This document shows, piece by piece, positions 1 through 8,824 of a stretch of DNA of 46,451 bases (position 1 is the stretch's first letter; the number at the start of each line of letters is the position of its first letter). The stretch lies in assembly GCA_003661385.1 (NCBI GenBank), contig QMWA01000002.1, forward strand, positions 1 to 46,451, given 5' to 3'. The notes below the pieces were generated by a model that worked only from the letters and a program-made list of their open reading frames with translations, had not been told where the DNA came from and searched no databases. The position numbers and the translations under genes were made by a program. This stretch comes from Thermoproteota archaeon (GTDB lineage: Archaea > Korarchaeota > Korarchaeia > B14-G2).

Positions 1-50
1 ATTAAGAGGAGAGAAAGGGGTGGGAACGAGAGTTGTAGTGGGGGGTTCTC

Positions 51-377
51 TTGAGAAAAAGAAGTAAGAGGCCTAGTATAGTGGAATATGTAATCTCTGA
101 GGTGTTCTATGGAGTGATGTTAGCTGCTATAGCTTTTGGAGTCTCTTTTGCGATCGGGGAGTATGGTATATGGGTTTCACAGCTCTGGATGCTGAGTAGA
201 GAAAAGACGATGAAAGTGTTCTATCTCCTTGTATGCATCATATCCTCATTCTTTCTAGCCATACCAGTATATAACAGGAGATATGTACAGCTTCTTGGAA
301 GCCTAATTGCTTTAGCAATCTTCTGGATGATAGTGCTTAGAACCCTAGATCCCATAGCGCTGATATTTGGAGGATAG
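51..377 (+). CDS. small membrane protein (about 3 TM segments), function unknown
   Basis: 108-aa ORF with three hydrophobic stretches; G-rich SD-like run upstream of the TTG start. Confidence 0.7.
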   Translation: MRKRSKRPSIVEYVISEVFYGVMLAAIAFGVSFAIGEYGIWVSQLWMLSREKTMKVFYLLVCIISSFFLAIPVYNRRYVQLLGSLIALAIFWMIVLRTLDPIALIFGG

Positions 378-463
378 TGCTCCGGGCGGGATTCGAACCC
401 GCGCTAGCGGCTTTCTCCATGCTCGAGAGGCCGCCGTGCTTGGCCTGGCTACACTACCGGAGC
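378..463 (-). tRNA. tRNA-Glu(CTC) with 11-nt intron at 37/38 (413-423)
   Basis: Reverse complement folds as a cloverleaf GCTCCGG...GCGGC-CT-CTC-G[AGCATGGAGAA]A-GCCGC...TTCGAAT; central helix CTCT/GGAG. Confidence 0.93.
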
Positions 464-496
464 ACCACCTACTGTTGGGATGGGGGTATTTTAAAC

Positions 497-1084
497 TTGT
501 CGATAGCAATAAAGCGGCTCTGTATAACTGGAACACCGGGAGTTGGTAAGACTACCATCAGCCTCAAAATAGCGAAGATCATGGGAGCTAAATACATAGA
601 TCTTGGTAAGCTTGTCATTAAACAGGGGTGGATAAGTGGATACGACCATGCTAGGAGGAGCTTCATAGTTAGCGATGAGATTGCAGGGAAGCTTAAGCTG
701 TACCTTACAAAATTTGAGAAGTATGTAATAGACACCCACTACTGTGAGCTTGTGCCTTCAGAGTGTATTGATATGGTTGTAGTGCTTAGGCTCAGACCAG
801 ATGTGCTTTTTGAGAGGCTTAGCATGAGAGGCTATAGCAGCAAGAAGGTGTGTGAGAATACGCTAGCTGAGGTACTTGATTCATGCTTAATATCGGCTAT
901 AGAAGCTCATGGCAGAGATAGGGTCATAGAAGTAGATACTACTGGAAAGAGCGTGGATTGCATAGTAGAGGAGGTGCTTAAGCTGGTATCTAAGAGAGAG
1001 AGGCGGATTGGCGTAGTTAACTGGCTTCAGGAGATTGATTATGAATTTTTACTAAAGTTGGAGAGGGGGCTTCAGGGGCCTTAA
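497..1084 (+). CDS. archaeal adenylate kinase, AK6/Fap7 family
   Basis: ITGTPGVGKTT P-loop, IDTH, LRLRP..L..RL..RGY...KV.EN motifs; start moved to TTG 497 because the longer ORF overlaps the tRNA. Confidence 0.88.
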   Translation: MSIAIKRLCITGTPGVGKTTISLKIAKIMGAKYIDLGKLVIKQGWISGYDHARRSFIVSDEIAGKLKLYLTKFEKYVIDTHYCELVPSECIDMVVVLRLRPDVLFERLSMRGYSSKKVCENTLAEVLDSCLISAIEAHGRDRVIEVDTTGKSVDCIVEEVLKLVSKRERRIGVVNWLQEIDYEFLLKLERGLQGP

Positions 1085-2807
1085 TTAGAGCCCATCCAGT
1101 CTCCATGTTTACTAGCATCTTGGATACCGAGGTAGGAGCAGCTAGCACCTTAGATGCTGTTTTAATGTCATCTAGAGATGCTTGACGTAGGATTATCTTA
1201 GTCCCTGTATTCTGTAGTATAGCAGTAGAAAGCCTTGAAATGGACTGTGCGGTCATTATGATGCAGACTCCGAACTTTCTAGCCTCTGATACAAGGTAGT
1301 CTATTATTGAAAGGTCATTGCTGCTGTACTCTGGAGATATCTTCTCTACCTCCTCTAGAAGTACGGCTAGCTGTAAGCCAGACAGCCTACCAGATGCCTT
1401 TATGGCGTCATAGAGGTAGCGTAAAATCACGTAAACAAGAAGCTTTCTTACCTCATTAGAAACTACACTAGACAAGTCTATGACGCAGCATCCTGAAGAA
1501 AGAGCTTTCCAGTTCACCGGGTTTGATGAAAAAATCTCGGAGGCCTGTCCCCTGGTGAGTCTGGTAAGCTTACGGAGGAGAGCCATCTTAGTCTCGTACT
1601 CCGCATAGCTTCTAACCTTAAAGCTTTCCACAGCCTTGACTAGCCCCCTTATAGATGGGTTATCAGACTTTATTACCATCTCAAGAGCTTTAGATAGCAT
1701 GACAGACTGTGGAAGAGTTAGATCCAGGACTTCAGTAAACACATCTATTAAGAAATCTATGTAGTCATCGTTACATTCAGTAAATGGATTAGACAGCAAG
1801 TCTAGCTTGAGGGTGTTATCTCTCACAGACAGCCTTGTAAACCCCGGAATATTGGCATACTCTCCATGGAGATCGAAGACTAGCACGGGTATATTGAGCT
1901 TGGCAAGCTGTGTAATTATGTGTCTAGCGATAGTTGTTTTTCCAGCTCCTGTAGCCCCAGCTATTAGGACATGGGATAATAAGGATGATATAGGTACCAT
2001 ATAGCTCGCAGGAGAAGATATTACAGGAATGCACATGCCCAGGCTTATGGACGGGGAAGTTGGCTTAGGAGGAGGTGCTATCGTCCTAAACTTCCCTATA
2101 TCGGATAGCTTTGGGATAGACGCGTTTAATGGAAGCAGCAGATCTAGGTCTCTAGAGTTTATGAGGCTAGCATCCAATGAGGTACCTGACTGCATCAGAG
2201 GGCAAACCAGCCTCTGTATGTCTTCAGGAGGTATGAGCTCAAACTCAAATTCTGGATAGAATCCAGACATGACAGATAGCATTGAGTCTACAGCAGCTGA
2301 AACCTCCTCAACTGACCTAGGACTGCTGTATTTGGACCACATTATCAGGTATATATCCATACAGGCTACTCTTTCGCCTAATGTCTTCAGAAGACGCTTT
2401 GGAGATATCATAAGCATATATGCTATGTTTAAAGAGGATCTCTCAACAATTCTGATCATAGATGATAAGACTGGAGTCTTATCAGCGTATTTTTGCTGAT
2501 CCCCACTTACTTCACTTTGATTGCTTATAGAAGCAACGCGAATACCAGCTATGACATATTTCTTCCCATGAATGCTCAATACTGCAACATCACCAACCCC
2601 TCTGAGATGAAAGGACAGAAGAGGTACAGTATGGTAGATTTTCACCAAAGTAAAGATGAATAAAGCGCTCAGGGTCAGCAGGATGTATGGCAATGCTTCT
2701 CTAAGTCCAATATGCATGCGGAGCTTTGGAAGATGCACTGCTATAGCTATTATAACAAGCAAAGAAAGCACAGCTAGCTCCATCTTGCCTACTTCCTTTC
2801 GGGTCAA
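1017..2807 (-). CDS. membrane-anchored HerA/VirB4/FtsK-superfamily ATPase (DUF87-like)
   Basis: Two N-terminal hydrophobic segments; HVLIAGATGAGKT Walker A, VFDLHGEY, LLEE Walker B, SEARKFG..I...Q and NTGTKI motifs. Confidence 0.85.
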   Translation of the reverse strand: MTRKEVGKMELAVLSLLVIIAIAVHLPKLRMHIGLREALPYILLTLSALFIFTLVKIYHTVPLLSFHLRGVGDVAVLSIHGKKYVIAGIRVASISNQSEVSGDQQKYADKTPVLSSMIRIVERSSLNIAYMLMISPKRLLKTLGERVACMDIYLIMWSKYSSPRSVEEVSAAVDSMLSVMSGFYPEFEFELIPPEDIQRLVCPLMQSGTSLDASLINSRDLDLLLPLNASIPKLSDIGKFRTIAPPPKPTSPSISLGMCIPVISSPASYMVPISSLLSHVLIAGATGAGKTTIARHIITQLAKLNIPVLVFDLHGEYANIPGFTRLSVRDNTLKLDLLSNPFTECNDDYIDFLIDVFTEVLDLTLPQSVMLSKALEMVIKSDNPSIRGLVKAVESFKVRSYAEYETKMALLRKLTRLTRGQASEIFSSNPVNWKALSSGCCVIDLSSVVSNEVRKLLVYVILRYLYDAIKASGRLSGLQLAVLLEEVEKISPEYSSNDLSIIDYLVSEARKFGVCIIMTAQSISRLSTAILQNTGTKIILRQASLDDIKTASKVLAAPTSVSKMLVNMETGWALIKAPEAPSPTLVKIHNQSPEAS

Positions 2808-3637
2808 TGTGGCCCACTGCCTGCTATGATACTTGATATCGCCCTCATGTGGTCATGTAGAGAAGACACATGTAAGTCAGCTAACCTGCATAGCATGGAT
2901 TGTGTTACTATTCCCCGCTTTTTCCCCCTTAATCTCCTTAATACTGCTGAATATGCCAGGTATATCACTGCTGCCGCAACGGCGCTCGGCCTTTTGCCAA
3001 CATAGTATGACTTGGGGATCCTAGCTGCTATCTTGAATGCTTCCTCTCTAACTACAGGTAAAAGCTCGATATCATCATTAGAGCCTCTAGATGATACTAT
3101 GTGCTCAACCCTCAGGAGTAAGCTCTCGAGGTAGGATAGGAGCAGAGGAGGCCTTACTTTAGCAATTGAGCTATAAGTGAGAAGATTCCTCATTAAAGTT
3201 CTGACCTTGACTCTTTTCCCCATCTCTGAGACAAGAGCAACTATATTCGAGATCTTAACTGGATTAGATGGATCTACCTCCTTTACTGCAGCTAGCAGAG
3301 AAACAATAGCTATGTAAGTTGAGTTAGTAAACTTACTTTGGTGGTAAGTAATTAAGTAAGATGCTATCTCCATTGCTCTATCCCGTGCATTCTTAGATAT
3401 AGATAGAGATCTACATACATAGCCTATTATTGTATCAACTCTGTGAATAAGTTTCCTATAGCTGCTTTCTTGCATTCTGATGTTCTCACTCTCCGAAAGC
3501 TTACGATGGTTTATGTTAGAATACGACATGCTCGACATGCTGCACCTTAAGACTTCATCTACGACTAACCCACAGCTTGGACATATGATCTCAAACCCCT
3601 GCACCACACACTCTACGCTACAGTTTGGGCATATCAT
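2804..3637 (-). CDS. divergent TFB/TFIIB-like protein
   Basis: N-terminal CPNC..CPSCGLVVDE zinc ribbon, GKRPSAVAAAVIYLA cyclin-repeat motif and C-terminal HTH-like TQ segment; no recognisable B-reader (GPEWR) motif. Confidence 0.8.
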   Translation of the reverse strand: MICPNCSVECVVQGFEIICPSCGLVVDEVLRCSMSSMSYSNINHRKLSESENIRMQESSYRKLIHRVDTIIGYVCRSLSISKNARDRAMEIASYLITYHQSKFTNSTYIAIVSLLAAVKEVDPSNPVKISNIVALVSEMGKRVKVRTLMRNLLTYSSIAKVRPPLLLSYLESLLLRVEHIVSSRGSNDDIELLPVVREEAFKIAARIPKSYYVGKRPSAVAAAVIYLAYSAVLRRLRGKKRGIVTQSMLCRLADLHVSSLHDHMRAISSIIAGSGPH

Positions 3638-3765
3638 TCAGTTATACACCAGCTAGTGCTGCCTAGCAGGCTGCTTTAATTGATTTAGCAGGTTTTCTTC
3701 AGCAAATCTTGGGGTTTTATTCAGAAAAGAGAAATGGAAAGTAATAACGGCAGCATATCCTAGTA

Positions 3766-4155
3766 TTACGAGGATAAAGCTGCTAGAAGCCCTCCCTTTA
3801 AGGTCAGGTATACATATTCTCCTTCATTGAAATCACTAAGATCTAATTCGCCAATGGCTGAAAAGAGCAAGCCGCCTATAGATGCTAGCATGGTAAGCCT
3901 ACCTCCCTCACGTCTAATCTTGTAAATCATACCGCGGACGACTATTCTCTGCTCTGCACTAGGCTCAGGTCTTGTTTTACTCATGACAAGCTCACCTTGT
4001 TCACCTATCCTATAGCTAGCTAGGTTGCGAGGTAGCTCTAGCTTGAAGCTACAGGAGCCGTCCGGTGTTTTAAGGCTTAGAACATCAATATCATAGTCGG
4101 AAAGAGGTTCAATGCCATCCAGCACTACCTTCCATTTCATCATCTGGAACCCCAC
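3766..4155 (-). CDS. rpoG: RNA polymerase subunit G (Rpo8, RPB8 homologue)
   Basis: RGMIYK...SIGGLL signature of Rpb8/RpoG; size about 125 aa; divergent from an Lsm gene. Confidence 0.8.
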   Translation of the reverse strand: MGFQMMKWKVVLDGIEPLSDYDIDVLSLKTPDGSCSFKLELPRNLASYRIGEQGELVMSKTRPEPSAEQRIVVRGMIYKIRREGGRLTMLASIGGLLFSAIGELDLSDFNEGEYVYLTLKGGLLAALSS

Positions 4156-4197
4156 AAGGTATTAATCTACAATAGCTAGTTACCTACTGGTGGTATC

Positions 4198-4626
4198 TTG
4201 GAAAGCCCAAGAAGAAGCTTCCTTAAAGAGCTTTTGCAACTAATAGGAGAGACTGTAACAGTGTTTACAGATAGTGGAGAGATAGAGGGGGTTCTCCTGG
4301 GAGTAGATACAGATAGCATGAGCGTCTGTCTGGCTAATGCTATGACAGAAAGAGGGAAATTCTACAGGCTCGTAGTGCCGGGAGGTAATATTAGAAGCAT
4401 AGCTAAAGTAGAGGCCTCCCTCAACATGAAGAGGCTATATGACGAGATTAAGAAGACATTTGACCCAGAACTTGTTGAATACGATCAGAGTAAGGGTGAA
4501 ATAAGGGTATTTCAGGGTAGAGTCATAGTCACAAGAAGAGGAGTGATAGCTGAGAAAAAGGATAGAGTGTATGAAATGGTTAAGAAAATATACGATAAAT
4601 TCGTTGAAGAGAGTGAAAGGAGCTGA
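4198..4626 (+). CDS. Lsm/Sm-like protein with C-terminal domain (SmAP3-like)
   Basis: Sm1/Sm2 pattern (LIGETVTV..G.L.GVD...LANA...G.NI) plus a 70-aa extension. Confidence 0.8.
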   Translation: MESPRRSFLKELLQLIGETVTVFTDSGEIEGVLLGVDTDSMSVCLANAMTERGKFYRLVVPGGNIRSIAKVEASLNMKRLYDEIKKTFDPELVEYDQSKGEIRVFQGRVIVTRRGVIAEKKDRVYEMVKKIYDKFVEESERS

Positions 4627-4632
4627 TTTACG

Positions 4633-4935
4633 TTATAGCCTAGTTTTTCCACTCTTTTTAATAAGATAAAGCTTTAACAGCTTCTCATCGAGTATTATCG
4701 TGTGAGATATCCTCTTAACGAGCTTGAATGGAATAAAGACGCACCCCTCTTTATCCCTCCTGAAGTAGGCAAGAATCTCAGCAGTTTCTGGCTCATCTAG
4801 CTCCGGTTCGCATACTATACTTAATATCTCCCCCGTAAGCTCATTTACAACAAGATCCCTCAGCCTACCTATCAGCCGGCCATCATCAGTTAAGATCTGA
4901 AGATCCTTTAATCGGCCAACAGAGAATCTTGGCAC
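4633..4935 (-). CDS. PRC-barrel domain protein (possibly CdpB-like)
   Basis: ILTDDGRLIGRLRDLVVNELTGEI...IPF..V..I...II pattern. Confidence 0.82.
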   Translation of the reverse strand: MPRFSVGRLKDLQILTDDGRLIGRLRDLVVNELTGEILSIVCEPELDEPETAEILAYFRRDKEGCVFIPFKLVKRISHTIILDEKLLKLYLIKKSGKTRL

Positions 4936-4957
4936 CCTCCACTACACCTCCATTGGA

Positions 4958-5043
4958 TGGGCCGGGAGGGACTCGAACCCTCGACCTCCGCCTCGTCAGG
5001 ACGGCCTTATCACAGCGGAGTCATACCCCTAGACCACCGGCCC
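4958..5043 (-). tRNA. tRNA-Val(GAC) with 14-nt non-canonical intron, probably 25/26 (5006-5019)
   Basis: Cloverleaf GGGCCGG...ATGAC[TCCGCTGTGATAAG]G-CCGTC-CT-GAC-GA-GGCGG; same layout as the Val(TAC) copy. Confidence 0.9.
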
Positions 5044-5105
5044 TAAAACTTCCTAGCAAGCATGTTAAAAAGGTTTCAGTTTAGAACTCTTCAGTTAAGA
5101 GTAGA

Positions 5106-5196
5106 TGGTGGACCGGGCGGGATTTGAACCCGCAACCTCCGCGATCACGTCTACATGATGCCAACGCGGCGCGCTACCAGGTTGCGCCACCGGCCC
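5106..5196 (-). tRNA. tRNA-Ala(GGC), CCA encoded, 14-nt intron near 37/38 (about 5145-5158)
   Basis: G3:U70 acceptor pair; CCGCG-TT-GGC-A[TCATGTAGACGTGA]T-CGCGG; intron boundaries ambiguous. Confidence 0.88.
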
Positions 5197-5254
5197 AGCA
5201 GATTACTGCAGAGAGGATTTTAAACTTTTCCCTGGTAGGATTAGGAGCTACAGG

Positions 5255-5446
5255 CTACCATAGCCTCTTTCTCGTCAATGTATCCTTGTTCTGCCACTTG
5301 TACCTCCTTATCCTCTTAAGCCTACCGTACCCACAAGCAGCACAAACCCTCTTTGTGACATGATACGCATGCCTACCACACCTCCTACATCTTATGTGAG
5401 TTCTGCCCTTGGACTTCTTCCCCATAGATGGAGTACCCTTTACCAT
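5255..5446 (-). CDS. rpl37e: 50S ribosomal protein L37e
   Basis: [22 protein letters not shown]...CAACGYG. Confidence 0.97.
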   Translation of the reverse strand: MVKGTPSMGKKSKGRTHIRCRRCGRHAYHVTKRVCAACGYGRLKRIRRYKWQNKDTLTRKRLW

Positions 5447-5449
5447 GCT

Positions 5450-5707
5450 TCACCCCTCAACAGGCGATACCAACACGACATTATCTCCTCTTATGATGAC
5501 TCTACCTAGAGGCCTAGAAGGATCTAGTGGCACGGGGTCTTCCCCAGGTCTCCCTACAGCTAGCTCTTCTGCCCTATCTAGTACTATGTTCAGGTGGTTA
5601 TCAAAGGACATGAAGAGCCCCCTTACAATACCACCACCTCTGAGCACCACTAGAACCTGTTTACCAGTGTAGGCTTCTAACTGGGTTGTTGGCTCACTCA
5701 AGTGCAC
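5450..5707 (-). CDS. Sm/Lsm archaeal protein (SmAP1-type)
   Basis: FDNHLNIVLDRAEE and IIRGDNV motifs; upstream of rpl37e, as is typical. Confidence 0.93.
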   Translation of the reverse strand: MHLSEPTTQLEAYTGKQVLVVLRGGGIVRGLFMSFDNHLNIVLDRAEELAVGRPGEDPVPLDPSRPLGRVIIRGDNVVLVSPVEG

Positions 5708-5795
5708 TACACCAAGATCGGGGTCTTCAAGGATGTTAATAAACTAGAGGGATAGGAATTTAAGTAGCAAAGCACTAGCTGTAACGGCTGGAACA

Positions 5796-6164
5796 ATGGG
5801 GGTGCTTAAGAAGATCTTTTCAAGAAGAGAGGATGAGGCAAGAATTGAGGAGGAAAGAGAGGACAGCGCCATAGATCTTACATATGATGCGGTAGTAGTC
5901 ATTAAGCCAATGAAGCTAAGAGACATAACCGATGTAGATAGCATAGTAGAGGAGGTTAGGAATGGAAACATACTTCTAATAGACATAGCCCCGCTCGCAG
6001 AGAGAAACCCAGAAGAGCTGCAGAGCGCAGTAAAGCAGATTAAAACACTACTATCCACCATGGGAGGAGAACTCGTCGCCCACCAACATAAGTCAGACTA
6101 CCCGATCCTATTGGCCACACCATCCTTTGTCAAAGTATGGAGAAGTGGAAGAACGAGGGGCTAG
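5796..6164 (+). CDS. sepF: cell division protein SepF, archaeal type
   Basis: MG.LKKIF amphipathic N-terminus; EVRNGNILLIDI...GG.L....LLATP..VK.WR pattern. Confidence 0.88.
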   Translation: MGVLKKIFSRREDEARIEEEREDSAIDLTYDAVVVIKPMKLRDITDVDSIVEEVRNGNILLIDIAPLAERNPEELQSAVKQIKTLLSTMGGELVAHQHKSDYPILLATPSFVKVWRSGRTRG

Positions 6165-8113
6165 CGTCTATCTAACCTATATGTCTCCAGGTTATATGGA
6201 GCAGTAGCCCATATAACACCTTTAGCTCGCATTAGATGCCATAGGTCTCTCGAAAGCTCCATGGCCTTCTGAGCCTCACCATGAACTACCAGTATCTGCT
6301 GGGGGGTAGGCCTCAGCCCACCAACATAGGATAGCAGCTGTAGCCTATCACAGTGACCAGATAGACCATCTATGGAATAAACTCTCATCTTAATGTCGAC
6401 AAGCTTCTCAGTACCATCTGGTAACCTAATTCTGACGCTTCGTGACCCATCTCTTATAGCTCGGCCAATAGTTCCAGCAACCTGATAGCTGACGAACACA
6501 AGCGTATTTCTAGGATCATCGCTTAAAAGCGAGAAGTAGAGGAGAGATGGGCCTCCAGTAAGCATACCTGAGCTAGCGAGTAGTATGCAAGGGCCCCCGC
6601 CAACAACATCTAGCTTATCTCTCCCTAGTGCAGGCTCAAAGTAGTCACTCAATATGGGAAGCTCGCCAGTCTCTTTGAAGCTCTTCCTAACAGAGGATGA
6701 TAAGAAGTTTATGTAGTTTGCATAGATAAGTGAAGCCTGGTAGGTTAACCCGTCTATGTAGATTGGAACTCTGGATAGCTCGCCCTGAGATATTGCCTTG
6801 TGAAGGATAGACATAACTTCTTGGGCTCTTCCAACCGAAAGAACTGGTATAAGGACTTTACCACCATCCTTAAGGGTCTTGTCTACTATGGAGAGCAGCT
6901 GCTGTTCTGCTGTAGCCTGGTCTCTACGTGCATCTCGTCTACCTCCATATGTAGACTCCATTATTAAAGTCTCTATTTTCTTGAAATGTGTAGGAGACGA
7001 GGACAGCAGCCGAACTTTCCCAAACTTAAAGTCCCCAGTGTATAAGAGGTTGTGTTTTTCTTTACCCAGCTCAGCAGTCAGCAGCACCATCGCTGAACCT
7101 AGTATGTGACCAGCAGGGTAAAGCGTCATCTTAACATCTGGCGCTATGTCTAGAGTTGTATTATAGTCGACAGGTATCGTCTGGATAACAATAGAGTCTA
7201 CCTCTCTCTCTGAGAAAAATGCTGGAGCACCTTCACGCTTACATACACTGAGATAGTCCTTAAACAGGAGAAGCATCAAGTCTCTTGTTGGCTGTGTGCA
7301 GTATATTGGGCCTCTATAGCCATACTTGATTAGCAGAGGAAGGCCGCCACAGTGGTCCAGATGAGCATGAGATATTATCACAGCATCTAGATACTCTGCT
7401 AAAAAGGGAAGCCTAGAGAATAGGGGGAACTTCTCTCTATAGGACCCCACGTTTATCCCACAATCCAACATGATAGTTGATGATGGCGTTTGCACAAGGA
7501 TACAGCTCCTCCCAACCTCTCTCGCTCCTCCAAGGAAAGTAGTGGTAATCCAGCGGTTATCTGACAGCACTGGCCTGTGTACCAGCGTTGCAGCATTAGA
7601 TAAGAAGCTACTTCTATCTGAGTAAGCTGACATGAGGACTTTACAGGAGTATTCTAGAGGGAGAAGAGCCTTTTTGGCTCGAGGTAGAATGTAATATACC
7701 TCAGGGAACCACCCTGTCTCTATTAGTAGTTCCTGGCGGCCATTTTCAGCTAGATATGAGTAAAGTTTAGGGCTCCACGTCAAAATAACAACCGTAGAAT
7801 CAGGAAGCATGTATATTGCCTTGAAAAGCTTCTCCCTCTGCGGGTCTACTTTGGCTGTGGCTGCTTTTAGATACCTTTCAACCTCCTCAGGTTTCTTAAG
7901 GACCGATTGCTCACATCTCACCACTATCTTCTTTCTTATGGACTTTGCAAGCGCAGCTACTTCACTGCGATTCTCAACAAAGTACTTCATATTCTTCGAA
8001 AAAACCTTCACAATAGCTCCTTCTACTATCACCTTAGTTATCTCAGCTTCAGGAGGAAAATGATCAAGAACCCTCCTCTCAATTTCAGGTACGGTAGCTG
8101 TGAGAGCTTCCAT
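6161..8113 (-). CDS. fttA: beta-CASP ribonuclease aCPSF1 (FttA)
   Basis: N-terminal KH-like region; LGGAREVGRSC, SHAHLDHCG, AGHILG, YTGD, SGHCD and HGE motifs; adjacent to psmB. Confidence 0.93.
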   Translation of the reverse strand: MEALTATVPEIERRVLDHFPPEAEITKVIVEGAIVKVFSKNMKYFVENRSEVAALAKSIRKKIVVRCEQSVLKKPEEVERYLKAATAKVDPQREKLFKAIYMLPDSTVVILTWSPKLYSYLAENGRQELLIETGWFPEVYYILPRAKKALLPLEYSCKVLMSAYSDRSSFLSNAATLVHRPVLSDNRWITTTFLGGAREVGRSCILVQTPSSTIMLDCGINVGSYREKFPLFSRLPFLAEYLDAVIISHAHLDHCGGLPLLIKYGYRGPIYCTQPTRDLMLLLFKDYLSVCKREGAPAFFSEREVDSIVIQTIPVDYNTTLDIAPDVKMTLYPAGHILGSAMVLLTAELGKEKHNLLYTGDFKFGKVRLLSSSPTHFKKIETLIMESTYGGRRDARRDQATAEQQLLSIVDKTLKDGGKVLIPVLSVGRAQEVMSILHKAISQGELSRVPIYIDGLTYQASLIYANYINFLSSSVRKSFKETGELPILSDYFEPALGRDKLDVVGGGPCILLASSGMLTGGPSLLYFSLLSDDPRNTLVFVSYQVAGTIGRAIRDGSRSVRIRLPDGTEKLVDIKMRVYSIDGLSGHCDRLQLLSYVGGLRPTPQQILVVHGEAQKAMELSRDLWHLMRAKGVIWATAPYNLETYRLDRR

Positions 8114-8769
8114 TATGATTCCCTTTCTTCAACAAGCTCTCCTTTAACAGTGAATCTCAAGGTCCTGATACCCTTTCTAGTTATCACTGTGACATCTATG
8201 CCGTCGCCTGTACCTGTATCTCTAGATATCGCAGCTTTAACAGCATCTACAGCTAGCTTAATAGCTTGTTCCTCAGTCAACTCAGGTGTGTAGCCCTTTT
8301 CGAGTATGGAGAATGCCAGAAGAGAACCTGATCCTGTCGACAGGTACTTTTCCTCACTGACCATTCCCAATAAGTCTACATTGAGTAGCTGAGGAGATCC
8401 ATCCTCTGAAAAACCAGCTATGATCAGATGTGTGATGTATAGAAATGGGCGCGCATAGAACAGCCTGTGGGATAAGTACACAGCAACTTCTCTTGGGGAT
8501 AGCCTGTGCTTGTTCTCATAAAGCTCATAGCCTGCTACGGCGGCAGCTAGCTGCGTTAAGAACTGAGCATCAGCTACTAAGCCAGAAATTGTAGCATAAA
8601 CGTCATCAGATATTCTAATAGTCTTTCTAGCAACCTTACTTGATACAAGCATACCTCTGGAAGCCCTTCTATCGGAAGCTAATACTACACCATCAGAGTA
8701 CACGAGCCCTACAGTCGTTGTCTTCGACTCTAGCAGCGTAGAAGCCTTATCTGACCTGAGCTCTAGCAT
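8113..8769 (-). CDS. psmB: proteasome beta subunit
   Basis: TTTVG..DGVVLASDRRAS, SGLVADAQ, TGSGS and RD..TG motifs; ATG at 8769 follows a GAGGTG SD. Confidence 0.93.
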   Translation of the reverse strand: MLELRSDKASTLLESKTTTVGLVYSDGVVLASDRRASRGMLVSSKVARKTIRISDDVYATISGLVADAQFLTQLAAAVAGYELYENKHRLSPREVAVYLSHRLFYARPFLYITHLIIAGFSEDGSPQLLNVDLLGMVSEEKYLSTGSGSLLAFSILEKGYTPELTEEQAIKLAVDAVKAAISRDTGTGDGIDVTVITRKGIRTLRFTVKGELVEERES

Positions 8770-8824
8770 GTTACAGCACCTCACCTGACTTTAAAGAGCA
8801 GCCCCCAAGTGGTGTGGACCCAAC

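Noticed and set aside
377..496. N-terminal extension of the adenylate kinase ORF, and ORFs 345-536, 367-549, 5124-5363 and 18349-18726
   Set aside because: They overlap tRNA genes and are translation artefacts
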